Shown in pieces: positions 9,830 through 20,153 of a stretch of DNA of 64,000 nt. The stretch comes from an uncultured virus (IMG/VR IMGVR_UViG_3300036766_001722) (Duplodnaviria > Heunggongvirae > Uroviricota > Caudoviricetes). Every line of letters starts with the position of its first letter. The stretch's first letter is position 1. The notes beneath the pieces are model-generated. The model saw nothing but the letters and a program-made list of their open reading frames with translations, had not been told where the DNA came from and made no database searches. The stretch is from the IMG/VR virus record IMGVR_UViG_3300036766_001722; one strand, written 5' to 3'. The translations under genes and the position numbers were made by a program.

Positions 9830-10215
9830 CCGTCTCGCTTCGTACGCTTGCGCGGCTTCGCTACCGGCACGGAAGGCACCGGCTCCTTTTTGTCGTACCC
9901 GTAGGCCTCACGCATCATCTTCATGTACGCGTCGCCGAACGCCTGATCTTCTGCGCTGCTCGGGTCGAGCTTGATGCTGACGCGCTTGCCTCGGACCTTG
10001 ACCTTCATCACGGCGCGCCCTTCTTCGCGATGTCCTCGTCGAGGAGCTTCATGATCGCCTCGGCCGTCTTCTCCGTGACGGGGCCGGTGCGGCTGATCTT
10101 GCCGAGCGGCGCCTTCATCACGTGACGGTAATCGAGGTCCAGCTTGAAGAGCGGGTACTGATGCTTCTTCGCGTGGTCCAGCATCTTCTTGTCGTAGGGC
10201 AGCGTCATTCCTGCG

Positions 10216-10244
10216 ACGCTAGTACCTGTCCGACAGGTTGTCAA
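10216..10244 (-). promoter_or_regulatory. sigma70-like promoter with palindromic operator in spacer
   Basis: TTGACA-acctgtcggacaggtac(17)-TAGCGT-N7-ATG(10208). Confidence 0.75.
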
Positions 10245-10465
10245 CCGCCGTCACAGTTCCCACACGTGCGCGGCGATCGCCTCCACGTCACGCTGCCCGG
10301 CCTGCTCGTAGTCGTAGTAGTAGCCGCTCTCCTCGGAGACACAGTCGAGCCACTCCTGCGCCGAGTAGCCGGCGGCGCGCGCCTCCCTCGCGGCGTGCAT
10401 GAGGAAGATCCGCGCCTCGCGTCGTCCCTTGGAGCCTTCGGAGGCCGGCACCTCCCTGTGGTAGC

Positions 10466-11308
10466 ATGCCGTCGTCGATGTCCATCGAGGTGATCATCCC
10501 TCTCTGCCGAACGGCCATCCTCGAGCCCCTGCTCGCGTCGTTCGCGTGGGACCCTCCCGACGTCATCACGCTCGTCACGAACCAGCCGCGCGACATCCTC
10601 GTGCAAAAGGAGAAGCTCCCCTTCGAGCTGCGAGCACTGCGCTTCAAGACGACGGCGTACGCGCAGGGCAAGTACGACGTGGCTCTGCGTCGCAACGTCG
10701 GAGCGCACGCGACCGACACGAAGACACTCTGCTACTTCGACGACGATCAGATCGCATCCATCGGCATGATCAGCGCAGGTAAACGCCTCCTCGCGATGGG
10801 TGACTCCGCCGTCTGGGGCAACTACCGGTTCATCCGGTTCGAGGGCACGGACCTCCGCGAGCTACCACTCCTCGAAGCTCACCACGGTCGCTCGCGAGAG
10901 CGATGCGGGCAGCTATGCCTCTGGAAGAGCGCATTCGGAGGACTGCTCTTCATCGAGCGGGAGACGCTGCTCGACGAGCGCGGCTTCGACATGCTTTTCA
11001 CGCGCGGCAGCGGAGAAGACCAAAACCTTGCGCTGCGACTCGGACAGACGTGGATCGCCATGCACGAGCCCCCGTTCGCGTGGCATCCGGAAGAAAAGCT
11101 CGCCGTGCTTCCAGAGCCGTTGTCGGCGGTCTGTGTCGAGTGTCAGCTCGTAGACGGTGCCGTCGGAAACGTTCCCGCCAAGATCTGCCGCGACTGTCCA
11201 TACATCGAACGCGCCGACCTCAGCACGGACTCAATGCCGAAAACGGGTCCGGTTGTCCCGTTCGATCCAGGCCGCGTCACCAACCACTACGAACGGCTCA
11301 GCGCTTGA
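10466..11308 (+). CDS. glycosyltransferase family 2-like
   Basis: IEVIIP, RRNVGA, YFDDD, RGFD...GED. Confidence 0.75.
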   Translation: MPSSMSIEVIIPLCRTAILEPLLASFAWDPPDVITLVTNQPRDILVQKEKLPFELRALRFKTTAYAQGKYDVALRRNVGAHATDTKTLCYFDDDQIASIGMISAGKRLLAMGDSAVWGNYRFIRFEGTDLRELPLLEAHHGRSRERCGQLCLWKSAFGGLLFIERETLLDERGFDMLFTRGSGEDQNLALRLGQTWIAMHEPPFAWHPEEKLAVLPEPLSAVCVECQLVDGAVGNVPAKICRDCPYIERADLSTDSMPKTGPVVPFDPGRVTNHYERLSA

Positions 11309-11927
11309 AGACAGCGATCAGCCGACGGTAGATCTCAACGCGCAGCGCCGATTCCGGCGGGAACTCGCCGTCGCACCAGTGCTCACCGTTGTCTTGCCCG
11401 ATGACGAGCAGCCCTAGCTCGCTTGCAACGCGCGCCGGATCGAACTCCTTGAGATGCCAGTCTTCGACGATGTAAACGCCTCCCGGCGCGACCATCGTCC
11501 AGCAGACCTGAAACGTCGAAAGCACCGTGTCCGCGCCGTGTCCGCCGTCATCAATCAGAAGGTCAAACACGCCGAGCTGGCGCGCTTCGAGGCTCGGCAT
11601 CTTGAAGAGATGCGTCTCCACGTTCTGTGCCGCGAGCCACGACCGAGTACCTTCGGCGATGTGCTCGAACGTCATGTCGACGCCGACGATGCGGCTCTTT
11701 GGCCACATGGTCCGCCACATCGCGAGGCTGCCGCCCTCACAGATTCCGATTTCCATCACCGATCGCGGCGGGGATCGTCGCCCGAGCACGCTCTGATAGG
11801 CGACTAGCATCTGGCGGTCCTTCTGATGGAGAAGATCTCCCGGCGCTCGCGCTCCGTGCTTGCAGTAGACCAAGCGCTGCCCGCCAATCAGTGTCCGCGG
11901 ATCGCGAAAGTCGCTCGGCCACATCAT
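11298..11927 (-). CDS. class I SAM methyltransferase
   Basis: VMEIGICEGGS, IVGVD, FDLLIDDGGH, PGGVYIVED. Confidence 0.85.
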   Translation of the reverse strand: MMWPSDFRDPRTLIGGQRLVYCKHGARAPGDLLHQKDRQMLVAYQSVLGRRSPPRSVMEIGICEGGSLAMWRTMWPKSRIVGVDMTFEHIAEGTRSWLAAQNVETHLFKMPSLEARQLGVFDLLIDDGGHGADTVLSTFQVCWTMVAPGGVYIVEDWHLKEFDPARVASELGLLVIGQDNGEHWCDGEFPPESALRVEIYRRLIAVFKR

Positions 11928-12601
11928 CGGACGACCTCTGCCAACTCTATCCCTAGGTGCCCCGGGCTCGTCATGTAAAGCGCGAGCTTGCGAAGGACGC
12001 CGATGTCGTACGCAAGATCGAGCGCGAGCCGCACCCCGAAGTCTTCGCTCACCGCGAGCGCATCGTGAAACGCCATGACGGACCCTGGCTTCGTGAACGC
12101 GCGGTACATCATGATGTCGCGCGTCACGCCTGTACGGTGGTGATCCCCGTCGATGAACACCACGTCGAACAGACCAATCTGCTGGTCTGCTAGCCACCGA
12201 AGAGCCTCGTAGCTCATCGAGTCCATCTCTGTCCACGTGATCTGGAACTCTTTGAACCGCTCCGCCTTGAGATCGGCCAAGCCGCTGTGCAGATCGATCG
12301 ACACCATCTTCGAGAACCCAACCTCGTCGTGTAGTACCTTGGTCGTGCCCCCGCTGGCCGACCCGACCTCCAAATACCGAAACGAGTCTTCCCCAGAGAA
12401 GCGACACCTCTCGCGCTTGACCTCACGCAACGCAAGCACGAACGCCGCCAGCTCGTACACGTTCTGCTGTAGATAGTATCCGCCAACTACCCCATGTTCC
12501 TGCCCGAAGGCTTCGCGGCTTCCAGTGCCAAGCGAGGCGATCCGCGCAACCAGCGGCGCCCACTCAGGACTCGCGTGGAACGAATCGATGCCCAGGTTCA
12601 C
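11924..12601 (-). CDS. class I SAM methyltransferase (Methyltransf_24-like)
   Basis: YLEVGSASGGT, FDVVFIDGDH, PGSVMAFHD. Confidence 0.85.
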   Translation of the reverse strand: MNLGIDSFHASPEWAPLVARIASLGTGSREAFGQEHGVVGGYYLQQNVYELAAFVLALREVKRERCRFSGEDSFRYLEVGSASGGTTKVLHDEVGFSKMVSIDLHSGLADLKAERFKEFQITWTEMDSMSYEALRWLADQQIGLFDVVFIDGDHHRTGVTRDIMMYRAFTKPGSVMAFHDALAVSEDFGVRLALDLAYDIGVLRKLALYMTSPGHLGIELAEVVR

Positions 12602-13437
12602 TTCACCCTCAACGGCAGCACGTCGCGGAAGTTGTCGTAGAGGTACTTCGCCGACGCGTGGTGAATCGACACTTCGCCACCGCGCTCCCGAAGCAACGTT
12701 GCGCCTTCAACGTTGTTCGCGGTGAAGCCACTCAGATGATCACTCGCGACCGGGATGTAGTAGTTGTGCATCCCTGCTCGTGCGCACTGGCAAGCGATCG
12801 CCGTGTCGTAGTTGTGATGCGGGAACGGCCACCACTGCCAGCCGTCGATTTGGTCTAGCAGTGCCTGCCGCACGATCAGCGAGTACCCATCGTTTACAGC
12901 CACCCGTTCCACGTTCAGCGCCCGCAACCCGTGCGCCTCGGCCTGGCGCAAGTTGCTGATGAACGTCATGCGGATGAGGTTCGTGATGTCGTAGGGGCGA
13001 TCGTAGAGCCTGTCGACGCCAAGACCGAGCGCTCCCGAGTACCCCGCAAGACCGCACCGGGGCTCCCGGTCGAACACGCCCACCGTCTGCGTGTCCCAAC
13101 CGTCCCCGGAGATGAACGCATCGTCGTGTAGATATGCGATCACGTTGTCACTCGGCGCCACGCTGTCCTCCGCTGCGAAGCGCTGCGCCATCTGCCATAG
13201 CCGATGGAGTGCGAACGGTACGCCTTCGTTCGTCGGATGACTGTCGATGGCGACGCGATGCCAGCCCGTCAGGCACGGCTCGCCGATATGGGCGCGCAGC
13301 TCTGCCTCCGAAAGCCCGTTCCCGAACAGCAGAAGGTCGACGGCGTCCAGCTTAGTCGCATGCTGCACGAGCAACTCCAAGCACTTGACGATCATGCCTG
13401 GGCGGGCGACGGCGATTGCTACCGACAGGCGCGTCAT
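12598..13437 (-). CDS. glycosyltransferase family 2-like
   Basis: IAYLHDD, VAVNDG, HHNYD; ATGA-coupled operon. Confidence 0.75.
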   Translation of the reverse strand: MTRLSVAIAVARPGMIVKCLELLVQHATKLDAVDLLLFGNGLSEAELRAHIGEPCLTGWHRVAIDSHPTNEGVPFALHRLWQMAQRFAAEDSVAPSDNVIAYLHDDAFISGDGWDTQTVGVFDREPRCGLAGYSGALGLGVDRLYDRPYDITNLIRMTFISNLRQAEAHGLRALNVERVAVNDGYSLIVRQALLDQIDGWQWWPFPHHNYDTAIACQCARAGMHNYYIPVASDHLSGFTANNVEGATLLRERGGEVSIHHASAKYLYDNFRDVLPLRVK

Positions 13438-14081
13438 GCCTGCGGCTCCGTGAACGTCTCGTGCCCCGGCGGGCCGCCCCACTTCGCCTTGTAGAAGGTG
13501 GCGAGCGCACGGAAGCGATCGTCATGAGCGCTGCGTTCCGCGGCCGTGTATGCAGCGATCGTCGCGCTCCCATGGTGTGCGTAGCCGACCTGGGCGTAGT
13601 GGTACGGAATCCCCGCCAACTTCATCCGGTAGCCGAAGTCGTTGTCCTCAAAGTACGCCGGAAAGAACCGCTCGTCGAACCAGCCGATCTTCTCGAAGAG
13701 AGAACGGCGTGCGCAGAACACGGTGAAGATGCCGGTCGGATTCTGAAGCGGCACGACGAAGAGCCGCGACGGGTCTTCGAGCGCTACGCGCTCGACTTCG
13801 GCGAGCGTGTCGGTGTTGAAGCGCACGTCGTCGTTCGTCCACACCGTGAGGTCGTCGTTCTCGCGGTAGATGAGGTTCACGGATGCGGCGACGCCAAGGT
13901 TCGCCTCGACACGGTGAATCGTGGTCTTCTGCGCTACCCGCGGGATCTGGCTGTACTCGAGCTTCCGGCCGTTATCGACGATGAAGTACCGGTCAGGAGG
14001 GCGGCTGCCTGACTCAGCGCTGTCGAGCATCTGCACGAGCAGGTCGTACCGGTTGAGAGTGGCGGTGGCGAGGGTCAGCAT
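13434..14081 (-). CDS. glycosyltransferase family 2
   Basis: IVDNG, NLGVAASVN, NDDV, IGWFDERFFPAYFEDNDF. Confidence 0.9.
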   Translation of the reverse strand: MLTLATATLNRYDLLVQMLDSAESGSRPPDRYFIVDNGRKLEYSQIPRVAQKTTIHRVEANLGVAASVNLIYRENDDLTVWTNDDVRFNTDTLAEVERVALEDPSRLFVVPLQNPTGIFTVFCARRSLFEKIGWFDERFFPAYFEDNDFGYRMKLAGIPYHYAQVGYAHHGSATIAAYTAAERSAHDDRFRALATFYKAKWGGPPGHETFTEPQA

Positions 14082-14590
14082 GAAGTGGGCTCCGAGTTTA
14101 CAACGGTCATGTAGATCGTGTCATCAGTCCGGCTGGTTTCTCTGAAGCCACAGCGTTCGTAGAGCCGCACGGCACCCGCATTGGCCACCTTCACGTCCAG
14201 CTCTACGCGACAAAATCCGAACGCCCAGGCGCGTTCCACGGCGCCCCTCGTCGCCTTCTCTCCGTACCCCTTGCCGAGCAAGTCCTCGCGGCCGACCATC
14301 AGGCGACCGAACGTCACCACGTCCTTAGCCGCGTCCGCGCCGTAGAGCGCGACCTGGCCAACAACGCCGACACGGGTGTCACCGAACACCCAGACCGCGT
14401 CACCATCCGGGTTCGGCAGGTAGATGTCCTTGAACCACGCCTGCTGCCGCTCGTGATCGATGACGGAGGAGTCGTGGAACTGCAAGCGGCTTCTTGGCTC
14501 GTTGCGCCACGACCTCACGAGGGGCAGCCACCTCTCTTCGAGAGGAGAGAACCAGAGGTCGTGGGACGAGAATGGGTCGCGGAGGGCCAC
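14075..14590 (-). CDS. GNAT N-acetyltransferase (PseH-like)
   Basis: VRSWRN, LGKGYG, NAGAVRLYERCGF. Confidence 0.85.
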   Translation of the reverse strand: MALRDPFSSHDLWFSPLEERWLPLVRSWRNEPRSRLQFHDSSVIDHERQQAWFKDIYLPNPDGDAVWVFGDTRVGVVGQVALYGADAAKDVVTFGRLMVGREDLLGKGYGEKATRGAVERAWAFGFCRVELDVKVANAGAVRLYERCGFRETSRTDDTIYMTVVNSEPTSC

Positions 14591-14958
14591 TACTGCTTCT
14601 TCTTCTTCCGCGAACGAGGGGGAGGCGAGACGTCATCGTCGTCGTCCATGAGTTTCTCGGCTTCCTCCATCAGGACGAGGTCGAGCGCGGCGTCGATCGC
14701 CGCGTTCGTTTCGAACTCCTTCTGACGGCGACGGTTCATGGTCGCGACGACCTTGGCCGCGACTTCATGCACGGTACCTTCGACCGTCGCGTATCCTTCC
14801 TCCTCACCCATGTCGAGCATCGTGCCGCCCCGTGCCACCGCCACATAAAGGCTGCGAATCCGCTCCGGCAGTACTAGGATCTCGCCAGCAGCTCCAGCCC
14901 CAACGAAATCCAGGCGAGTGAACACATCGTCCACCGTCAGCTCTGGAATTTTGACCAT
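14590..14958 (-). CDS. hypothetical protein
   Basis: GGAGG RBS, within operon. Confidence 0.55.
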   Translation of the reverse strand: MVKIPELTVDDVFTRLDFVGAGAAGEILVLPERIRSLYVAVARGGTMLDMGEEEGYATVEGTVHEVAAKVVATMNRRRQKEFETNAAIDAALDLVLMEEAEKLMDDDDDVSPPPRSRKKKKQ

Positions 14959-14967
14959 CGATGCCTC

Positions 14968-16119
14968 CTACGGCGTCCTCTCGTAGAACGCTATCACCTT
15001 CTTCGCGACGTGTTGCACGTCGTCATGCGACAGCCGGATGTGCACGGGCAGCGAGATCAGTTTCTGGCTCATCTCCCACGCTACCGGACACGTCGCCGTC
15101 GGGTCGGGCTCCCTGTACATTCGGTACGCACGGTTGTCCTTGTAGTGGACGCCTGGATAGATGTCGTTCGCGTTGAGGAACACCATCAAGGCGTCGCGGT
15201 TTTCGGCGGCCATCTGGTAAAGGTGGCGCGACGAGCCGGGGGAGTGTTCGACCGGAGCGACGACGTCGGTGTGTCGGCGGAACGCGTGGTCGTACCACTC
15301 GGCGATCTGCCTCCTGTACGCGTTGTCCTGTTCGAGGTACCGGAGCGCGACGAGCCCCATCGCGGCCATGACGCTGTTGCCGTTGTACTTGTAGCCGATG
15401 CTCTCGACGTCGTACTCCCATCGGTAGCTGCCCGACTGCGCTGTCCTCGCAAACGTGTTCTTGTTGATGCCGAGCCACGAACGCTTCCGCGCTTCCTCAT
15501 CGAGCTTCGGATCGTCAAAGCAGATCATCCCAGAGTCAGCCGTCGGCAGGTTCTTCACTGCCTGGAACGAGAACACCGTCACGTCCGCGCCAGCGCCCAC
15601 GTGCTCGCCATCGATGCGTGACCCGGCCATGTGCGCCGCGTCGAGGATGAGCGCGAGTCCGCGGCTACGACAGATCGCAGCGATCTCCGACAAGTTGGCG
15701 TGGTTGCCGCCCATGCCGACGAACATCACGGCCTTCGTGTGCCCGGTGATCTTCGACGCCACGGACGACGGCGACAGGTTGAGCGACTTGTCGACATCGG
15801 CGAACACGGGCTTGAGACCGGCGTAGAGGATCGCGTGGTTCGTCGACACGAAGGTGATCGGCGTCGTGATTACCTCGTCGCCGTTCACCCAGCCACGCGA
15901 CTCCTTCAGCAGCTCGACCGCGAGATGGAGGCCGGCGGTCGCGGAGTTCAGAAAGTGTGCATGCGGAAACCCCGTGTACTCGCACCACGCCTTCTCGAAC
16001 TCCTCGGTCTTGTACCCGAGACCCGTCCAGCCGCGCTCGAGGCAGGTGCGGATCTCAGCGAGCGTCTCTTCGATCCTGAACGTCGGGACAAAGAGCTGAA
16101 TCTTGCGAGCCTCCGTCAT
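14968..16119 (-). CDS. DegT/DnrJ/EryC1/StrS PLP sugar aminotransferase
   Basis: NSATAGLHLA, LDAAH, FSFQAVKNL. Confidence 0.95.
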   Translation of the reverse strand: MTEARKIQLFVPTFRIEETLAEIRTCLERGWTGLGYKTEEFEKAWCEYTGFPHAHFLNSATAGLHLAVELLKESRGWVNGDEVITTPITFVSTNHAILYAGLKPVFADVDKSLNLSPSSVASKITGHTKAVMFVGMGGNHANLSEIAAICRSRGLALILDAAHMAGSRIDGEHVGAGADVTVFSFQAVKNLPTADSGMICFDDPKLDEEARKRSWLGINKNTFARTAQSGSYRWEYDVESIGYKYNGNSVMAAMGLVALRYLEQDNAYRRQIAEWYDHAFRRHTDVVAPVEHSPGSSRHLYQMAAENRDALMVFLNANDIYPGVHYKDNRAYRMYREPDPTATCPVAWEMSQKLISLPVHIRLSHDDVQHVAKKVIAFYERTP

Positions 16120-16673
16120 GCGTCGTCGTCCAGGTTGATGACAACGCGCGCCGACTCTTTGACCTTCTTCGGGTCCGGCTCTTCGATGTCGCCCGACAGC
16201 TTGATGTAGTTGTGCTCAGCGTCCTCGCGTCCGCAGTTGCCGCGCGTGCTGTGCGCGGCACAGAACTGCGTCACGTACGCCCACATCCCCTCTTCGCGAG
16301 GCAGCGGCCCCTCTCCGTTCGGCGTGTAGGTGTCCTTGAACTGGTAGCGCACGGTAGCCGGCCCGCCGCAGCCGGGCTGCGCACACGCCTTCTCGTCGTC
16401 GTCGATGCGCTTCTCCCACGCCTTCCGATCGAAGCCTTCGGTGTCGCCCTCGAACATGACGCGCATGAGCCACGGCAGGTGGTGGACTGCGTCCTGCGGC
16501 GTGTGGTAGCCGCGCTGGAAGAGGATCGTGCCCTTGCGCCTGATCGTCAGGACGTACGACACGCGCCACTCGTCGCCCGAGAGCCCAGACGTCTTGTAGC
16601 GAAGCTCGGGCTTCAGATCGAAGCCGTCGATGATCTTGTCGTCGTGATGACGGCGGTTGAACGTCTTCTTCAT
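16116..16673 (-). CDS. hypothetical protein with Cys cluster
   Basis: AAGGAG RBS; RYKTSGLSGDEWR motif; ATGA overlap. Confidence 0.6.
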   Translation of the reverse strand: MKKTFNRRHHDDKIIDGFDLKPELRYKTSGLSGDEWRVSYVLTIRRKGTILFQRGYHTPQDAVHHLPWLMRVMFEGDTEGFDRKAWEKRIDDDEKACAQPGCGGPATVRYQFKDTYTPNGEGPLPREEGMWAYVTQFCAAHSTRGNCGREDAEHNYIKLSGDIEEPDPKKVKESARVVINLDDDA

Positions 16674-16707
16674 TGGGCTCCTTGTACGCCTTCTCGAGAC
16701 TCGGGCA

Positions 16708-17388
16708 TCAGCCAGGCGCAGCGGTGAACGCTGCGAAGGCCGCCGCGTCACCGCGGAACCAGGAGTGATCGACGTGACCGTGGATGCCGGGAACCGAGAA
16801 CTTGTCGGTGTTCTGCCAGAGCGACCAGCCGCCGTGCGCCTTCCACGCCTTGCAGATGACGGGCACGGTGGTGTACGCGGGCGTCCAGAGGGGACGCTTC
16901 GCGATCTCCACGACCTCGGCGATCGGCGGATCGACCACCTCCACCGCTGAGGCGAAGAAGAACCCCGCGTACATCATCGTCCGGCACTTGAGCTGGCTCT
17001 CTACGTAGCCGCGCCACGCGACGCACGACGCCGCGATGCGATGCGGGTCGTCCATGCCATCGCTGCGCTCGACGTCGCACGCGGGAGGGAGATCGGCCGT
17101 CGTGAAGCCACCAGCGTGAAGCTGATCGCACGCGACCTTCGCCTGTTCGAGCGGGTCGTGACCGGCGAGGAAGTACTGATAGCTTCCGACGCGCATTCCG
17201 GCGCCGCGCGCGAGGTGCTGGTTCTGAATGAACGTCGAGTCCTTCCCGTACCCCTGACCGATGCGAGAGATCGCACCCGCCACGCCAGCCGTGTGCACGG
17301 CCTTCCAGTCGATGCTGTGCCCCTGATAAAAGCTCACATCCAGTACGGAGGTGCGCGGGCCGGTGAACGGGTCGGGAATGCGGTGCAT
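16708..17388 (-). CDS. GH25 lysozyme/muramidase (endolysin-like)
   Basis: LDVSFYQG, GSYQYF, CDVE, WSLWQ, VPGI.G.VD. Confidence 0.9.
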   Translation of the reverse strand: MHRIPDPFTGPRTSVLDVSFYQGHSIDWKAVHTAGVAGAISRIGQGYGKDSTFIQNQHLARGAGMRVGSYQYFLAGHDPLEQAKVACDQLHAGGFTTADLPPACDVERSDGMDDPHRIAASCVAWRGYVESQLKCRTMMYAGFFFASAVEVVDPPIAEVVEIAKRPLWTPAYTTVPVICKAWKAHGGWSLWQNTDKFSVPGIHGHVDHSWFRGDAAAFAAFTAAPG

Positions 17389-17394
17389 ACTGTG

Positions 17395-17424
17395 ACCCTA
17401 GCCTTCTGTCGGACAGGTTGTCAA
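17395..17424 (-). promoter_or_regulatory. operator-containing leaderless promoter of GH25 gene
   Basis: TTGACA-acctgtccgacagaaggc(18)-TAGGGT-N6-ATG. Confidence 0.7.
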
Positions 17425-17793
17425 CGGCGTTCGCCGAGGAAGAGCGCGTCCGAGGCGCGGACGTCACTCCGTGTCGGCTTCTCGACGAGGCCGTTGCTGA
17501 AGAGATCGCTCAAGTAGTTGCGGAACGTTCCGGACTCCTCCATCTGCGTCTGCTTCGCCAGCTCCGACCGTGAAAGGCTGCGCGGGTAGATCTGCACCAG
17601 CACGTCCAGCATGCGGCGTGCACCAGCGCCGAGGCGCGCGTTCCAGATGGCCACGAGATCGTCCGTCGTGATCGGCAGCGCGTCCACCGGCCCCGCCGCC
17701 TCTTCGCCGTGCTCCGACGCCACGATCTTCTCGCCCTGCTCGGAGATGTACCCGGCGGTCCGCAGGTCGCTCAGGTAGTTCCGGAACGTGCCC
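17421..17793 (-). pseudogene. 5'-truncated fragment with tandem winged-helix repeats
   Basis: GTFRNYLSDL occurs twice; no plausible start. Confidence 0.55.
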
Positions 17794-17955
17794 GGTCGTC
17801 CGCTTGGGCAGTCTCCCATGCGCATCGAGACGCGCGCGGGGCACCAACGGCTGCGGCTGGTTCCGTTCGGTACCGGAGCACCGATCACGGTCGACGTAGA
17901 GGTTCCACGGAACGACTCGACGACCGTCAGCGTTCCCGTTGCGCAGGGAAACTAG
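17794..17955 (+). pseudogene. 5'-truncated PEGA-like domain fragment
   Basis: GRPLGQSPMRIETRAGHQRLRLVPFGTGAPITVDVEV...VSVPV stop. Confidence 0.45.
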
Positions 17956-18416
17956 CGCCGAGAGTGACGTCGCGAACGCGGCTTGTTCGCCGTCGTCGGC
18001 AGTGGCTTCCCGTACCCTTCGGCGAGGGCCACGACAGGCGTGATGACGGGTGCGACTCCTCCCAGCACACCCCAGCCGACGGCCGCGGCCACGGAGCCGT
18101 TGTGTCGCTTGTAGCCATGGATGGCACTCGCGACGATCGACAGGCCCCACAGAGCCACGATAGCGCCCGTCTTAGAGAACACGTACTCGTTTACGTACTG
18201 GCTCACGTACTGGTTCCGGGTGGGCTGAGCGGCGTCCTGTGCCCGCACAGCAGCACCGGTCCACGCGTCTACCTGGGCGTTGGTAGGATTCCAATGTTCC
18301 GGCACGCATTGGTTGGCGCCGATGACTGGCGTCCAGCTCGCGTCTGGACGAATCATCCCAGAAGGACACGGTGTTCCGGCTGGTACCGTCGTCTGGCCAA
18401 GTCCGGTGTAGCTCAT
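17952..18416 (-). CDS. membrane protein, MSY-GLG / TM-NR family
   Basis: MSYTGLGQ...2 TM...TANKPRSRRHSRR; TACGAT-N6-ATG. Confidence 0.8.
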   Translation of the reverse strand: MSYTGLGQTTVPAGTPCPSGMIRPDASWTPVIGANQCVPEHWNPTNAQVDAWTGAAVRAQDAAQPTRNQYVSQYVNEYVFSKTGAIVALWGLSIVASAIHGYKRHNGSVAAAVGWGVLGGVAPVITPVVALAEGYGKPLPTTANKPRSRRHSRR

Positions 18417-18490
18417 GCCAGGATCGTAGCATAAAGCGCCGTAATATGCGTGCACGCAGATCGTGGCCTTGGTAGGATCTGGCCTTCCCA

Positions 18491-19504
18491 ATGCCGCGCG
18501 AGTTCCCCACCAACCTGCTGGAGTTCCAACGCATGTTCCCCGACGAGGAGGCATGCACTGCCTACCTCGAAGAGGTGCGCTGGCCCGACGGTTTCGAGTG
18601 TCGTTTCTGCGGGTGGAAGGGCGAAGCGTGGAAGCTGGCTGCTCACCCTGGGATGCTGCGCTGCCCCAACTGCCGGAAAGACACGTCGCTCACGGCCGGC
18701 ACCATCATGCACCGGACGAAGCAGCCGCTGCACGTCTGGTTCTGGGCGGCGTACCTCGTCACCACGCAGACGCCCGGCATGTCCGCCTTGCAGTTCCAGC
18801 GGCAGCTCGGACTGACGCGGTACGAGACGGCGTTCCAGATGTTCCACAAGCTGCGCGCGGCGATGGTGCGACCAGATCGAGATCGCATCGGGGAAGATTG
18901 GCCCGTGGAGGTCGACGAGACGTACATCGGCGGGAAGACGCGCGGCGAAGGGCGAGGCGTCCACCACATGACGATCGTCGTCGGCGCCGTCGAGGTCCGA
19001 GAGAAGAAGACGCCCAAGGGCCGCCGGTCGATATACGCCGGTCGGCTGCGTATGGGCGTGGTGCCGGACCGTGGCGCGGAGACGCTAGAGACGTTCGTCA
19101 CTGACAACGTGCAGCCCGGCGCAGCGGTCATCACGGATGGGTGGGTCGGCTACGACGGGCTCACGAGCCTCGGCTACCTCCACAAGAAAGCGGTACTCCA
19201 CGGCGACCCCGAGCGCGCAGAAGAGTTCCTGCCGATGGTCCACTTGCTCTTCTCGAACCTGAAGACGTGGCTCCAAGGCACGCACCACGGCGTCAGTCAG
19301 CAGCACTTGCCGGCCTACATCAACGAGTTCGTCTTCCGGTTCAACCGCCGCTTCTATCCGATGACTTCGTTCAACTCGGTGCTCGGCATCGGCATGGACG
19401 TGCCGGCCCCGACGTACGAGGGGCTGTACTCGGGCGAGTGGGTGCATCCGAATCCGCCTGACGATCAGTGGACGCTCCGGCTCCCGGTGGGAGTGTGGGC
19501 ATGA
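18491..19504 (+). mobile_element. IS1595-family DDE transposase (element ends not resolved)
   Basis: FPDEEAC..YL...RWPDGFEC Zn ribbon, VEVDETYIGG, ITDG, HHGVS..HL..Y..EF.FRFNRR. Confidence 0.93.
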
Positions 19505-19914
19505 ATCCGTACAGCGACCTCGCCAACGAACTGGCCGCGCTCATGGGCGACGCGCTCGGTGGCGTACGCGACGAGCGACTGGCGACGGCACGACTGTTCC
19601 AAGCGCTCGTGTTCTGCGAGATGGTGAAAATCGCAGCGGCGTTGCGTGCAACCGACGTAGAAGCCATCGCCCGCGAAGACAGCGGCGAGATCGTGCTCCG
19701 CGTGGCTGGCGTTCATGTGAGGTTGCAACGGCTTCCCGGCCAGGTCGACGTGGTGCTTGAGTTCATCGGCTTCGATTCGCGCGTCGTGCCGCACTCTGGT
19801 ACCAGTCGCAGGCTGTCTGTCCGGGCCCTGCCGTACGACGTAATTCGCAGAGCAGCGGTGGAAATCGCCGCTAAAATTGACCTCCTCCTGCGGCAGGAGT
19901 TCGCCGTCCGATGA
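19501..19914 (+). CDS. hypothetical protein (possible IS passenger)
   Basis: ATGA overlap with transposase stop. Confidence 0.45.
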   Translation: MNPYSDLANELAALMGDALGGVRDERLATARLFQALVFCEMVKIAAALRATDVEAIAREDSGEIVLRVAGVHVRLQRLPGQVDVVLEFIGFDSRVVPHSGTSRRLSVRALPYDVIRRAAVEIAAKIDLLLRQEFAVR

Positions 19915-19922
19915 CGATCAGG

Positions 19923-20153
19923 TCAGTGACCGATGTAGCGGTCGGCGTACTTCTTGACGCCGTAGGCGACCGTCAGGAGCGCGAGCGCGCCACCGGCGAG
20001 CTTGAGTGTCTCGCCCACGGTGGTCGCGCTGACCTTCACCGTGCCGGGCACGGAGAATGTGATTGCGGGATCGTCTCCAAGAAAGCGACGGCTGGGATCG
20101 CCGGCAGGGCCGGACTGCGAACGAAGGAAACGAGGATCGACGTGGTACGACAT
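19923..20153 (-). CDS. small membrane protein, MSY family
   Basis: MSYH...RRFLGD...TM...KK. Confidence 0.6.
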   Translation of the reverse strand: MSYHVDPRFLRSQSGPAGDPSRRFLGDDPAITFSVPGTVKVSATTVGETLKLAGGALALLTVAYGVKKYADRYIGH

